DNA of 63,937 nt, counting the filler, from Conidiobolus incongruus B7586 (lineage: Eukaryota), in NCBI GenBank assembly GCA_000697335.1. It is 18 parts of 18 records of this genome, joined end to end, with 100 filler letters (N's around TTAATTAATTAA, not from the genome) between each part and the next. Parts side by side here need not be neighbours in the genome. Positions count along the whole stretch, not along the records: positions 13,615 to 19,804 come from JNEM01000318.1; positions 19,905 to 25,313 come from JNEM01000319.1; 16 more parts are not named here. One strand, 5' to 3'. The notes under the pieces were generated by a model, which was given only the letters and a program-made list of their open reading frames with translations, was not told where the DNA came from and did not search any database. Shown here piece by piece: positions 13,783 through 25,413 of this stretch (position 1 is its first letter; the number at the start of each line of letters is the position of its first letter). Position numbers and translations under genes: made by a program.

Positions 13783-15704
13783 TAAAAACAATTTTTAAAA
13801 ATCAATCTGGTTAAATGAATATCAAAGAATTAAACTCTATTTGGTAATTTGATAAATATATAATGTTAGCTTTATTTTGGTCTTATTTTTACTATGATGA
13901 ATTTTATGAACTTCATAAAATGATAAATTTATATGCTATAATTACATAAGTGTATAATCGCTAAATTGGATTAGAATAATATTGAACTTTTAATATAATT
14001 ACAAAATCAAATATCAAAATAATATTTACTTTTTTTTCTTATCGCTTTTAAGTTTATAGTTGAAATAGGTTAATATTTATAATATTAATAGATTAATAAT
14101 CGAAATTTATATTAAAATCTAATATAATCAAATGGAAATTAATCATATTATACTTAATATAATTATACCACAGTATATTTAGTTCAACCTTTTAACTGTA
14201 GCAATGGTTCAGCTCAATTACAATAAAAAAGTGTTAAGTTCTTGATAATTGGTATAAAATTATATTTGCAATCACTAAAATAGAAGTTATACTAAAATTC
14301 CAGATTAATAAGAACCGAACTAATACTTAAAATTATCAATTCAAATGGAATTTGCATTTTGTCATATGCATTTACATAAACATTTTAAATTCTAACAATT
14401 TAAAAAATATTGCTTTTTAGACCAATAGATAAAATTGAAAAATGAAGTTTTAATTATAATATTAGATATTATTTTTCTGTCACTATATTTGATATATAAG
14501 GAATATATATTAACATAAAATAACCAAATCCATCTTATTTTTAAATTCCAAAATAAAGTACATTTTAATCTAATAATATTTTTTTTCTATTATTGAAAAA
14601 TTTAAATTCGCCATTTTCGCAGTATTTTAAAATATGAGGAAAATATTAATAGATAATTATTAAACGATTGATTCAATAATTCTAAAGATTATCCTATATG
14701 CCAAATAGTATGGTATGAATTTGATAATAAATAAATAAAATATCAAATCTAAAGTAACTAAATGACTTATATCCTTTATTAGAATTTAATAAAATTTACG
14801 ATTAATCATATTCGTTATATATTCAATAAACCGTAGAATGATACATTATATTTTTTCTGATTAGGAAATTAATTATTAATTGTAGACTTAAAATTTTTCT
14901 TTATTTTTCATGAGAATAGTCTAAATTTTTATTAAGTGAACACCATGATAATATGTCATTAATTTGCTTCAATATTAAACTATATAATATTTTATAAATG
15001 ATATCATTGTGATTTCATACCTGCCTATGTGTATAAAAATAAAAAACACTCTAAAATGTATTCAAACTACTATTTAAATTATATTAACAATACTTAAAAC
15101 TTAAGAATACTATAGAATTTTAAGCTATCAAGTTTTCAAAATATCTATTATAATACAGATATATTAATTTAAACCTTTTTAATATTAAAATTGTTGATTA
15201 CTGAAAAACATTAGTTTTGAATGTTTATAACTGTGAACTGATAGTCATCTTTTAAAGTAATTAGAATTAGTCGATCAAATCAGATTCTCTTACTGGTTCT
15301 AAATTATGTCAAATTATAAAAATTTAAGTGTAATTTGACTTGATAACTAGTCCATTCTCAAAATCATTTAAAATAAGATCAAAAAATTTTGAAATTGGTT
15401 TCTAATTTCGTTACGTTAGAAATAATCAAAACCAATTGAATTTAATAAAGATAATGATTTCCAATCAAATTTCAAAATTTAAAACGGTGTGAATGACTAT
15501 GAAGCTGAATAAGAAACAAGTGATAGTAACTTAGTAATTATATATTTAATGAGTATTCCTCCAAGATTCGAGATTAAACTAAAATTATCTAAATTGAACT
15601 AAAATTCATATTCTTCTAGCATCTCTTTCATTCTAAGTGCATTTCCATTCAATTGATCATTTTATTTTCAAAATAGACTAATATCATTTCATTTAATATA
15701 CATC

Positions 15705-16403
15705 ATGAAAATTACTAACAAACCTACTCACACTCCTGCTACCACCAACAACGCAACTAATACCGCAAATAATCCCAAAAGAAATATTACCGAACCTTGG
15801 CAAATTGCAGGGTTGGAACTCCAGTTCAGAAAGACTCCATGTCCGAGTCAGAGGTTGAGAGTTCAGTTAGCTAAGCAGTATCAAATGCCGGTGAAATCTA
15901 TTCAATTCTGGTTCCAAAACCGCCGTGCTAAGGCCAGAAATGAGAAGGAATGGATGTTCGTCATTGAAAAATGCTCTCCAGTCCAAAAATTGAACCAAGC
16001 AGGGGATGTCAACACGAAAATGAATATCACACCCCCTAATAATCATAGTCACTATGCACATTCTAACAACCATAGCCCCATCCATTTGAATCATTTGGGG
16101 CAAGCAGCATATCCAGAGGCCGATTACTCCAGTCAGGATGTTGACTTCCAGTCCGACGCCATGGCCTTGAGCATGCCACAATGGATGCCACATCAAGAAA
16201 GCTACCCTCACGACCCTGTTTCCATTCTAAATCTACCATCTCCAGCACTCTTCAACCAGTTCCCCAAGATCTCTACCCCGACAATGGTCAACTTTCATAC
16301 GCAGCCCCTAGTCAGCCCTCACGAGTGGGACAAATATCATCCCCCAGCGCATAACTTTTACTACGAGAATCAAACCCAATTAATGAATCATCAATACTCA
16401 TAA
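15705..16403 (+). CDS. Homeodomain transcription factor, 232 aa
   Basis: PKRNITEPWQIAGLELQFRKTPCPSQRLRVQLAKQYQMPVKSIQFWFQNRRAKAR contains the canonical helix-3 WFQNRRAK (Q50 class). It is followed by a P/H/Q/S-rich low-complexity region that looks like an activation domain. Intronless. Confidence 0.92.
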   Translation: MKITNKPTHTPATTNNATNTANNPKRNITEPWQIAGLELQFRKTPCPSQRLRVQLAKQYQMPVKSIQFWFQNRRAKARNEKEWMFVIEKCSPVQKLNQAGDVNTKMNITPPNNHSHYAHSNNHSPIHLNHLGQAAYPEADYSSQDVDFQSDAMALSMPQWMPHQESYPHDPVSILNLPSPALFNQFPKISTPTMVNFHTQPLVSPHEWDKYHPPAHNFYYENQTQLMNHQYS

Positions 16404-18052
16404 TTTTTATTCATCATCACCGAAGCCATGTCAAATATATTATATTATATTATATTATATTGGTGATTGCAATTATAATCACTTTAATATTATTCATAAA
16501 TCAATGAAATATTATTTTTATTTTAATATTATTTTTGTTTTAATAAATGATTAAATTTAATATATAATTTGGTAGTTAATATAATTAGTATAAAATTTAT
16601 ACTTTAATAATTAATTAAATAATTATTAAAATATATATATATAATTTTACAGCTTTATTTAATATTATAATAATTAACTATTTAATGATTATTAATCAAT
16701 TAAAATATTACTATAATTAATTTTACAACTAATAGGTAATTACCCAACTTAGATTTATATTTGTTTTAACTCTTTTATCAGAATATATTTTAATTATTGT
16801 TTTTATATTAAATTTTTTAAAATTAGTGCTATAATTATTAATATATTATCTTTAACTTTAATTTTTTAAATTATAAATCATTTTAAATGAATATACATAA
16901 TTTTAAAGCTATTACAAAAAATTTAGTTATTGATAAAATCGTAGTTATTTATCAAATAGTGAATATTAATCATAATTGGAGGATAAATTTTGCTGAGTAG
17001 AATTGTAAATAAAACTATTATTATGAGAAATATGCAATATTAACTGAAATCAAACACATTAATTTACATTATTTAATAATTAATTTTACAACTGGATTTT
17101 CTATTAATCTTGTGTTTGAACATGAACCCATATTCGGTTGTAATAATACAATCAGCTTTGTATTATGTTACTTTTGTTATGAGCTTAGAATACAATAACT
17201 CATTTTAATTTAATTTTTTATATATAGTTCAAAATAAATCATTGAATATTTAATAGATACTATTTAAATATACTTTTTTAAATTTTAAATAGTTATTTTA
17301 TAGTAATTTAAATACATCAATAAACTTAACACCAAATTAATGATGATTATTCATAATTTTCATATTACTGTGATAGCAAACTGATATAAATCTTCATTCA
17401 TTAACTTTATGAATATTAATAATTTGATATTTTCACAAATAGATTGATTTTAAATAGTTATAATATTCTACCTACATATCTTATCATTATCAATTTTCAA
17501 AAAAGAAAGATGATTTATTATCAAAATCAGATTCAGAAATAAGAAATCATCTTGCTTTTGAAAAGAATAATTTTATCAAGAATTATAAATATTAATGTCA
17601 AAATTCAATTATTTTGAAAAAATCTTGGAATATTCAAACAAAAACACTTAATTATAAAAACATTAATTTTTAATATTATTGATGATTTGTTAAAATAATA
17701 ATTATTTAAAGCTGATTTTTAATTTTATAAAATCTTAATATTATATTCAATGGAATTGATATATTAAATATTTAAATAAAAATTTTAAGAATCAATATTG
17801 GTCCTACTTTGGTATATATTGAGGTTTTTAAATAATTAAATTAAATGTGTAAGTCATTTAAAATTTAACAAATAATCGAGTTATCACTTGAATAATGTAA
17901 ATGAAAAATATTAACCAAGATAAAAGATAGTTCAAATCAATTTATTATTGGTATTATTAATAAAACAAAGTTTTAAAAGTAAATAAATAAACAGAAGTGT
18001 GAATGATATATATCATGGATAATAATCAAATATAAAAAATCATAAAACCAGT

Positions 18053-18706
18053 TTACCAGAATCTTAATACATCAGTATTCTTAAAACCGTGGCGATTTTC
18101 CTTCCAATCACTGACACAAGTATCTGGATTATTGGCAATAGCTTCTCTACCCCACTTGGTGAGCACTGAGCAATTAGCTACATTGATGACCATACACGTT
18201 GGGAGGACTTGAGCATTTAATCTCTTAATCAAATACTTGATGACGGCTTGTTCTTCAAAATTAATATATTTAAAGTTATAATTCTTGATATAGTTAATGA
18301 AATCGTATTGTTCAGAATCTACGGTAACGACTATTACATCCACATCATCCTTGTTCTTATTCAACCATTCCTGGAGGTGAGGGGAGAACTTTTTGCATGG
18401 TGGACACCAACTGGCAGTAAAGTATAAAACGATGTATGGTACTTGGGGAATGTAATCAACACTCTTTTCAACTCTGACTTCCTGAGTAGTTCCATCCTTC
18501 TTCTTGACAGTTTGAGATTCAAAATAACGTAATTCAGAAAATTCTAATTTCTTACGAAGTTCCTTACCGGCTTCTAACTTTTGTTCCTCATTTAAATCGT
18601 ACCAATTGACGATGGGTGTATTTTCTTGAACGGGTTCTTGGGGTTGAGATACTTTTTCAATTTGTTGAGTTGGGTTGACTGTACAAACATCGCCTTCGCA
18701 AGACAT
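18053..18706 (-). CDS. Nucleoredoxin/tryparedoxin-like thioredoxin-fold oxidoreductase, 217 aa
   Basis: YIVLYFTASWCPPCKKFSPHL active site (WCPPC), VIVVTVD strand, LPTC cis-Pro loop and LTKWGR tail. An extra N-terminal MSCEGDVC sits on a Q/P/E-rich linker. Confidence 0.9.
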   Translation of the reverse strand: MSCEGDVCTVNPTQQIEKVSQPQEPVQENTPIVNWYDLNEEQKLEAGKELRKKLEFSELRYFESQTVKKKDGTTQEVRVEKSVDYIPQVPYIVLYFTASWCPPCKKFSPHLQEWLNKNKDDVDVIVVTVDSEQYDFINYIKNYNFKYINFEEQAVIKYLIKRLNAQVLPTCMVINVANCSVLTKWGREAIANNPDTCVSDWKENRHGFKNTDVLRFW

Positions 18707-19804
18707 TATGCTGATATGATTATTTAGAATTAATTATATGGTATATTTTAATAGTTTGTAAATTTTTTTAACTTAATTATGAATAAAATCAAACAACTAT
18801 TCAGTTTAAATATTTCCAATCTCATTGATCATGTTATGGGAAATTATGATCCAAATATGGAAGTGTGGTTTTTTCTATCCAATCACCAAATCCCAATCTA
18901 TTCTATTTATTTTAACAGTCATATGATTCAATGCAACTAATTTTCCAACATTCTATTTATTACCCACAGATTTTTGATATTAAATTTACTAATAATTTCT
19001 CAAAAATATTTGGATTTTCTTGATCACATGATCAAAACTTTTATCGTTTTGAATAGCAACGAAATTTTTAAGGGAATTTCAAGGTAATTTTTTTAAACCT
19101 GATTATAGCTGGTAGTTTATAAATATATTGGATTATAAATGATACATTTTACTAATCCGATTATAATAAATATTGAATATCTAAATTGATTCAAAATAAA
19201 TGATTTATTTTTTAATATATAAGGATTAAAATTACAGTTCAATTGATATAAACAGTCTCAATATTGATAATCAAAAAGCATAACGAATTAAAATATAATC
19301 TTTATTTGCCTTAAATCAATATATATATGAGTGTGTGTTTTTGGACCATAGTAAATATAATTTCTAATTATAATTATTTATCAAATATAAACACACAAAG
19401 ATTAAATTAATTATACATAGAATTATTATTGAAATTTTTAAGGATTAATTTAGATTAAATGGCATGTTTTTAATTTGAGTTTTCATATAATTTTCAATAT
19501 ATGATTAGGAAAGATTAATAAAGGATATATTATTATTATTTTCTTTTAACTTTGATAGCTCTTTACCATACCCTTGATTAATTTTCAATCTTTCAACAGC
19601 TCTTTATCAAAAATTATTATTAAAAAACTTTTATAAAATATTGATATATATTTAAAATATATTTTTATAATTAATATAATCTTTAATTATTTTAAATTAA
19701 AATAAAATCAATTATATTTGAAATAATATATTGAGTTTTATCTTATTTTCAATTAATATCTATTTAAGTATTCTTTATAACTTTAGGTATATATTATATA
19801 ATTA

Positions 19805-19904
19805 NNNNNNNNNNNNNNNNNNNNNNNNNNNNNNNNNNNNNNNNNNNNTTAATTAATTAANNNNNNNNNNNNNNNNNNNNNNNNNNNNNNNNNNNNNNNN
19901 NNNN
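19805..19904. other. Artificial contig-joining spacer
   Basis: N44-TTAATTAATTAA-N44. Confidence 0.98.
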
Positions 19905-22294
19905 AAATTATTATTAAAATTAATACTTAGAAATATCTTAAAATAAAGTACTTAGCTTTGATAATAGTTTATATTTCTTAGGATTGAATTTATATAAATA
20001 TTATAAAATAAATTTTAAAAGTATTTAATACTTTGTTAATCAAAAATATAATGTATTTAACATAATTCAAAATATAAAATTAAATATAATTTATTAAAAT
20101 TATAATTAATAAATATTAAAAGAAATAAATTAATCAAAATAAAGTCTAGTAGATCTATTAGATAACTTAATGCATTATATTTATGAAAAATTTATGATAT
20201 GTTTATTGCAATTTAATCCTTTGTTTTTATGCCCTTTTCAAATAATATTATAAATAAATTCAAAGTACTTGAATATAAATATTTTCACAATATAATATTT
20301 ATCTCTAATTTTATAACAAATTGGCCAATTTTAATGGAAGTTATTATTAATATTTTAAAAGACATAATTAATTTTAATTGAATTAGAATATAAGATTATA
20401 ATAATGATATTTAATATATGAGTTGAGAAAAAGACAAAATAATAACCTAAGCATCTTTACTATAAAAATATATGATATAAATTAATAAGTATATAACAGC
20501 TTATTTTACCAATCCCCTCTAGATAATTATATTTCTTTTTTACAGCTAATTAGCGTGATATTATAAAATAGTTTCCTACTTCACACTTTGTCTTTTTTTT
20601 CATTTATATTATCTTTTAATAAATTTTGATACTGATGATATATGGAATCAATTTATTTAATAAATCAACCTATTTTTTAATTAATAAGTGTATGGTAAAA
20701 ATACTGTAAATAGACTGATTATAAACTATTTTACAACTTTAATGAATATATACCTAGAAAATTATTTAAAGAAATTCTGTTTGAAAATATAATTATTTCA
20801 TTTATTAGTAAAATACATTGATTATTAACTATTGATTGAGGTATTTTTGATGAAAATAAAACCAAAACAATTGAGGGGCTATTCGATATTATAATTATTT
20901 TACTTAAATGTATAAATTATATTAATACTAATATCTGTTTGTCCTCTGATATTAAATAGTTGATTTTCTAATTAAAATCAACCCTAATTATATAGCAACA
21001 CTGTAGATACAAATGAAATAATTATTTGATCAACGTTGTATTATTAGCTACAAATTTTTTAAATTTAATCAAGTTAATTGTATTGTAAATTTTAAATAGT
21101 TACTCTATTATTATAAATTTGTTTGTTATATCATCTCAAAAAAAGTTCCAGGATATTAAATAGATATTATTGCAATAATTTGATATATTATATTTATAAT
21201 TATTGATAAAATATAACCATATCGATTTGTTCTGATAATAATTATTACAATCAATTATTTTATAATTTTCAAAATTTGTGATGAATTTATTTCAAATTTA
21301 ACTCAAAAAATATAATAAAATTAATTTATATATATTTGAAAATAACGGTATAATTTGATTATAAATTGAAATTGATTCTTACAATTAATTAATTATAAAA
21401 TAATATATATTATTTCAAGATAGAAATATATTAGACATAGATATAATATATATTTACCAATTTACAAGCTATTTTTAGTATTAATCATGATGGTTTTAAA
21501 AATCGATAATTGGAAGTAATATGAAATAATTCTAATATCTCGGGTAATACTTGGTAACTTAAATTTTTATTAAATGTAAAAACAATCTATTTAACTCTAT
21601 ATTAAATTTAGCACAACCTAATTTATTATACATTCAATTTTCTTTAATCTATATATGATTTAAAGTATCATAAAATTGTTTCAACTTTTCACATTGAATG
21701 GAACTGCATTGTTTCTATTAAATAATAAAATATCTTCAATTTTAACAACTATAAACATGTCAATTGTCAGATTGAGTAAAACTCTTAAAAATGAAATATC
21801 AAAAACATATTATAATCTGAAAAATAATTTGTTCTACCATTATTCGACACTCTTGGATATTATAAACTTAATAATATTGATTGTTTTTGAAGTATTGCTA
21901 ATTCGTCTCCGATTTTATACTATATATTGATTAATTATATAATAAACTCAAGAATTCAATATTAATTTCTTTATATGGTTCAAATCATAGAAAATCGCTT
22001 TAATTTTAACAAGCAAATAAATAAAAATTGTTTATAATTTTTATCAATAGTTTGACTTTCCGAAATACTTAACAATTTCCGAATTTTCCCATAAAAGGAT
22101 ATTAATCCAAATCGAAACGATTATCAAAGGACTGCTCAATTAAGATCACAAGGGTACAAAGTGGATTTTATTCCTTTCTTTCTTTTTAAAATCCTTAAAA
22201 TTATAAAAAAAATTATCGTACTATAAATTTTTATAAAATATAGATATTCCTTTTATTTGTTATTATTAAATTATTCATTTTAAGAAAAAAAATT

Positions 22295-24522
22295 ATGTCA
22301 CAAACTGATCGTTTAGATATTTTACCAACTTTGACAATTTCAGGTGCCAACTTTAAAGATGCTTCTACTAATAACAATTTGAATTTCAGATGCATAAATT
22401 TTAGCGGTATATCCAAATTACCTAGGGGATGGTCGTCCCATATGAAGGACGGAGTATTCGATTACGAAAAAATAAGTTTCGTAGATCGCCCTATAGCTTT
22501 GGACGAGGCAGACAGTCATTTGAGCAGGTTGAGTTATTGGGGGTTTAATGTCCTGAGACTGTTGGTAGTTTGGGAGGCTTTGGAACCTCTTAACCCGTAA
22601 TTGATTTTCACTCATATATTGCTATATTTACTAATCATGTGTTTAGAGGTCAATACGATGAAGAATTCATCGACTACCTTGTTAAATTACTCAAAATTAT
22701 AAAATCTCACAATATGAAGGTTTGGATAGATCCCCATCAGGATGTGTGGTCGAGATTCTCAGGAGGTAGTGGTAATCCCGCTTGGACCCTGTACTTAGCA
22801 GGCCTCAATCCAAAAAACTTTGAACCTACAGGTGCTGCAATTACTCACTTTCAATACTGGGATAAGCCATTAAACTTGCCCAAAATGGTATGGGCAACAA
22901 ATTATGAAAAACTGGCATCTGCTACTATGTTTTCACTGTTCTTTGGCGGGGAGTTGTACGCCCCCAAATGTACCATTAAACTAGATGATAAACTTGTGAA
23001 TATTCAGGAATATTTGCAAACTCACTATATCAATGCATATGTACATTTGGCTAAACGTTTCTTGAACGAGGGATTGTTGAGCGATGTAGTGATTGGTTTT
23101 GAAACTATGAATGAGCCCAATTATGGCTATCTTGGCTATGATAAAAAGTTGGATGAATATCGCACCAATGGAATGAGTATATCTAGAATGGGAGATTCTC
23201 CCAAATGTTTTGAAGCTTTAAAACTTGGTATGGGGATTGAAACCGAAATTGGTGTATGGAACTTTGGCTGGCTAGGGTTAAAGGAAGCTTATAAGAAAAA
23301 AATCAATCCTAATGGGGTTAAAGTATGGCTCAAGCAGGAAGATATCCCCACGAGTATTAAATTTGACGATTGGCAGCCTTGGCAAATCGATGGAAAATGT
23401 ATTTGGGCAGATCACGGTGTTTGGGATATTGAGACTCAGAAATTGCTTCAGCCCTACTATTTCAAAAACCATCCTAAAACTAATAAGCCTATTGATTTGA
23501 TCAATGATTGTTGGAAACCATACTGCATCAGGTATACTAATGCAATTAGATCAGTTCAAAGTAATTTGATTATGCTATGGTCACCTACAGTATTTGAGGT
23601 GCCTCCAGAAATTCTTCCCGAGGAGGAATCTGTCACTAATCAACTCGTTTATACTCCGCATTGGTACGACGGCTTAACCCTATCTACACTTACATTCCAC
23701 TGGTACAACGCAGACACTTTAGGAATATACCGTCACAAATACTGGAGCATCATCCAAGCAGTGCGCATTGGTCTTAACAACATCCGCAATCTCTTTACAG
23801 ACACCATCAAACTTCTTCACGACGAAGCCCAAGTGAATTTCAGGAAAGGCATCCCCGTAATCATTGGCGAATCGGGCATTCCCTACAATATGGACAACAA
23901 TAAAGCATACAAAACCGGTGACTACTCCACCCAAATCCTCGCGATGGACAACATTTTAAACGCTATCGAACAACCCAATGTCATGAGCTGCATCTGGAAC
24001 TACTCACCATTCAACTCCCACGATTTTGGCGATTTTTGGAATTTGGAAGACTTGTCCATTTATTGCAATGAGGAAGACAAACCTGCATCGTCTCCCAACC
24101 ACAATAACACTCTCTGGCTCAACATAATCGACAGGGGGGGTCGCGCACTAGAATCAGTCATTCGTCCCTATCCCTCTGAAATTCCGGGTATTGTGACGAA
24201 AAACCAGTTCCAAGCCCAAGCTCTCAATAAGAAGGGAGGACCCATTTACGAGTTTGGCTACAGGGTGGATTTCAGTGTGAAGACTGATGATTTGGTATGT
24301 AAAATATTTTTACCTGTTCATCACTATCCCCCAACTGCGGGGTTGAAAGTGGAAGTAACTAAAGGAAGTTTTGAGGTGAAGGAAGTTGATTTGATTCATG
24401 CTGAAGGAACTCAAAAATTAATTAAGAGATATTTGATTTGGAGTTTGAGACGTAATGAAGTTAGAGATGGGGAGGAAGTGCGTTTAAAAGTTCAAAGCGA
24501 TCAAATTCACCCAATGCTTTGA
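22295..24522 (+). CDS. GH5 endoglycoceramidase-related protein (EGCrP / ergosteryl-beta-glucosidase Egh1-like), 2 exons, about 725 aa
   Basis: Exon 1 is 22295-22596. The intron 22597-22646 is 50 nt (GTAATT...TACTAAT branch...TTTAG). Exon 2 is 22647-24522, and the splice restores WEALEPLNP-GQYDEEF. Motifs: DPHQDVWSRFSGGSG, WATNY, GFETMNEP (acid/base), TPHWYDG, IIGESGIP (nucleophile), WNY and WNLEDLS. Confidence 0.93.
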
Positions 24523-24742
24523 GTGATATTCATATTGAAATTTTTAAATTAGTTTGTTTTCAAATTATAATTACTATTTTTGTCAATTTAATAAATTGAA
24601 ACATTGCATTACTTTAATGATAGCTGCTGGATTTATGAGTAAATATCAAAAATACCAGTTATACCAATTACAAAGAATATATTATAAAACAAGGACAATA
24701 TATTTTAGATGAAATAAAAACATATTGTACAATATAATATGA

Positions 24743-24815
24743 TGCCACCATTGTAGATTAAACACAGGACCTCCAGATCTTCAGTGTGACACTCTCCCAA
24801 CTTAGCTAAAATAGC
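24743..24815 (-). pseudogene. tRNA-Phe(GAA) pseudogene
   Basis: The minus strand reads GCTATTTTAGCTAAGTTGGGAGAGTGTCACACTGAAGATCTGGAGGTCCTGTGTTTAATCTACAATGGTGGCA (73 nt). It has the CTGAAGA anticodon loop and fungal tRNA-Phe AGTTGGGAGAG and GGAGGTCCTGTG segments. The T-loop TTCGATC has become TTTAATC and all stems carry mismatches. Confidence 0.88.
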
Positions 24816-25200
24816 ATATCTCTGTTTTGATATATAATTCATATATTGAAAAACTATTTTTCATATTATACTCTGTTAAATGATTAATTTCTGATACTTA
24901 TCACAATTTGTATTTTTTTTATCAATTATATATTATATATTAAAATTCCTGGAAATATTTATTGATTATAACAATACTAATTAAAATTTATTCTTAGTCC
25001 TTACAAGTTATTGTTCATAATATGAATATTTGGATACTATTTTACAATCATATTTTATTTCAAACAATACAATATTAAATCTTTTCTTATCACCCTCAGT
25101 CAAATATAAACATTTCTAATTATATTTTTGCTTTTAATATATAATAAGTTAGAATCTTATTAAATAGTCTAATAGATTAAGATGGAGTTAAAAAATAAAA

Positions 25201-25313
25201 TATTACTTTGTTTTATAAATAATAGGAATTTTTTGTGATTAAAAATAAATAAATATTTTAATATATAATATATAAAAATAAATATATAATATAAATTTAA
25301 TAGTTTCTTTTAT
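25201..25313 (-). mobile_element. 3' terminus (TIR) of a mariner-family element, cut by the contig end
   Basis: Near-identical reverse complement of about 63531-63641, which holds the transposase stop, 3' UTR and terminal repeat of the DD34D element. Confidence 0.8.
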
Positions 25314-25413
25314 NNNNNNNNNNNNNNNNNNNNNNNNNNNNNNNNNNNNNNNNNNNNTTAATTAATTAANNNNNNNNNNNNNNNNNNNNNNNNNNNNNNN
25401 NNNNNNNNNNNNN
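25314..25413. other. Artificial contig-joining spacer
   Basis: N44-TTAATTAATTAA-N44. Confidence 0.98.

Noticed and set aside
15867..16248. 114-aa and 61-aa minus-strand ORFs
   Set aside because: Antisense shadows of the homeodomain gene.
3316..18706. Mating-type-like cluster (receptors + homeodomain + small peptide)
   Set aside because: The genes lie on three separate contigs, the receptors are not Ste3-like, the peptide lacks a full CAAX box, and there is only one homeodomain gene.
21676..21930. 84-aa plus-strand ORF
   Set aside because: TTG start, I/L/N/K-rich composition expected from random AT-rich DNA, and no motif.
22231..23934. Short ORFs 22231-22416, 22418-22615, 23278-23472, 23312-23500 and 23719-23934
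   Set aside because: Antisense or out-of-frame overlaps with the GH5 gene.
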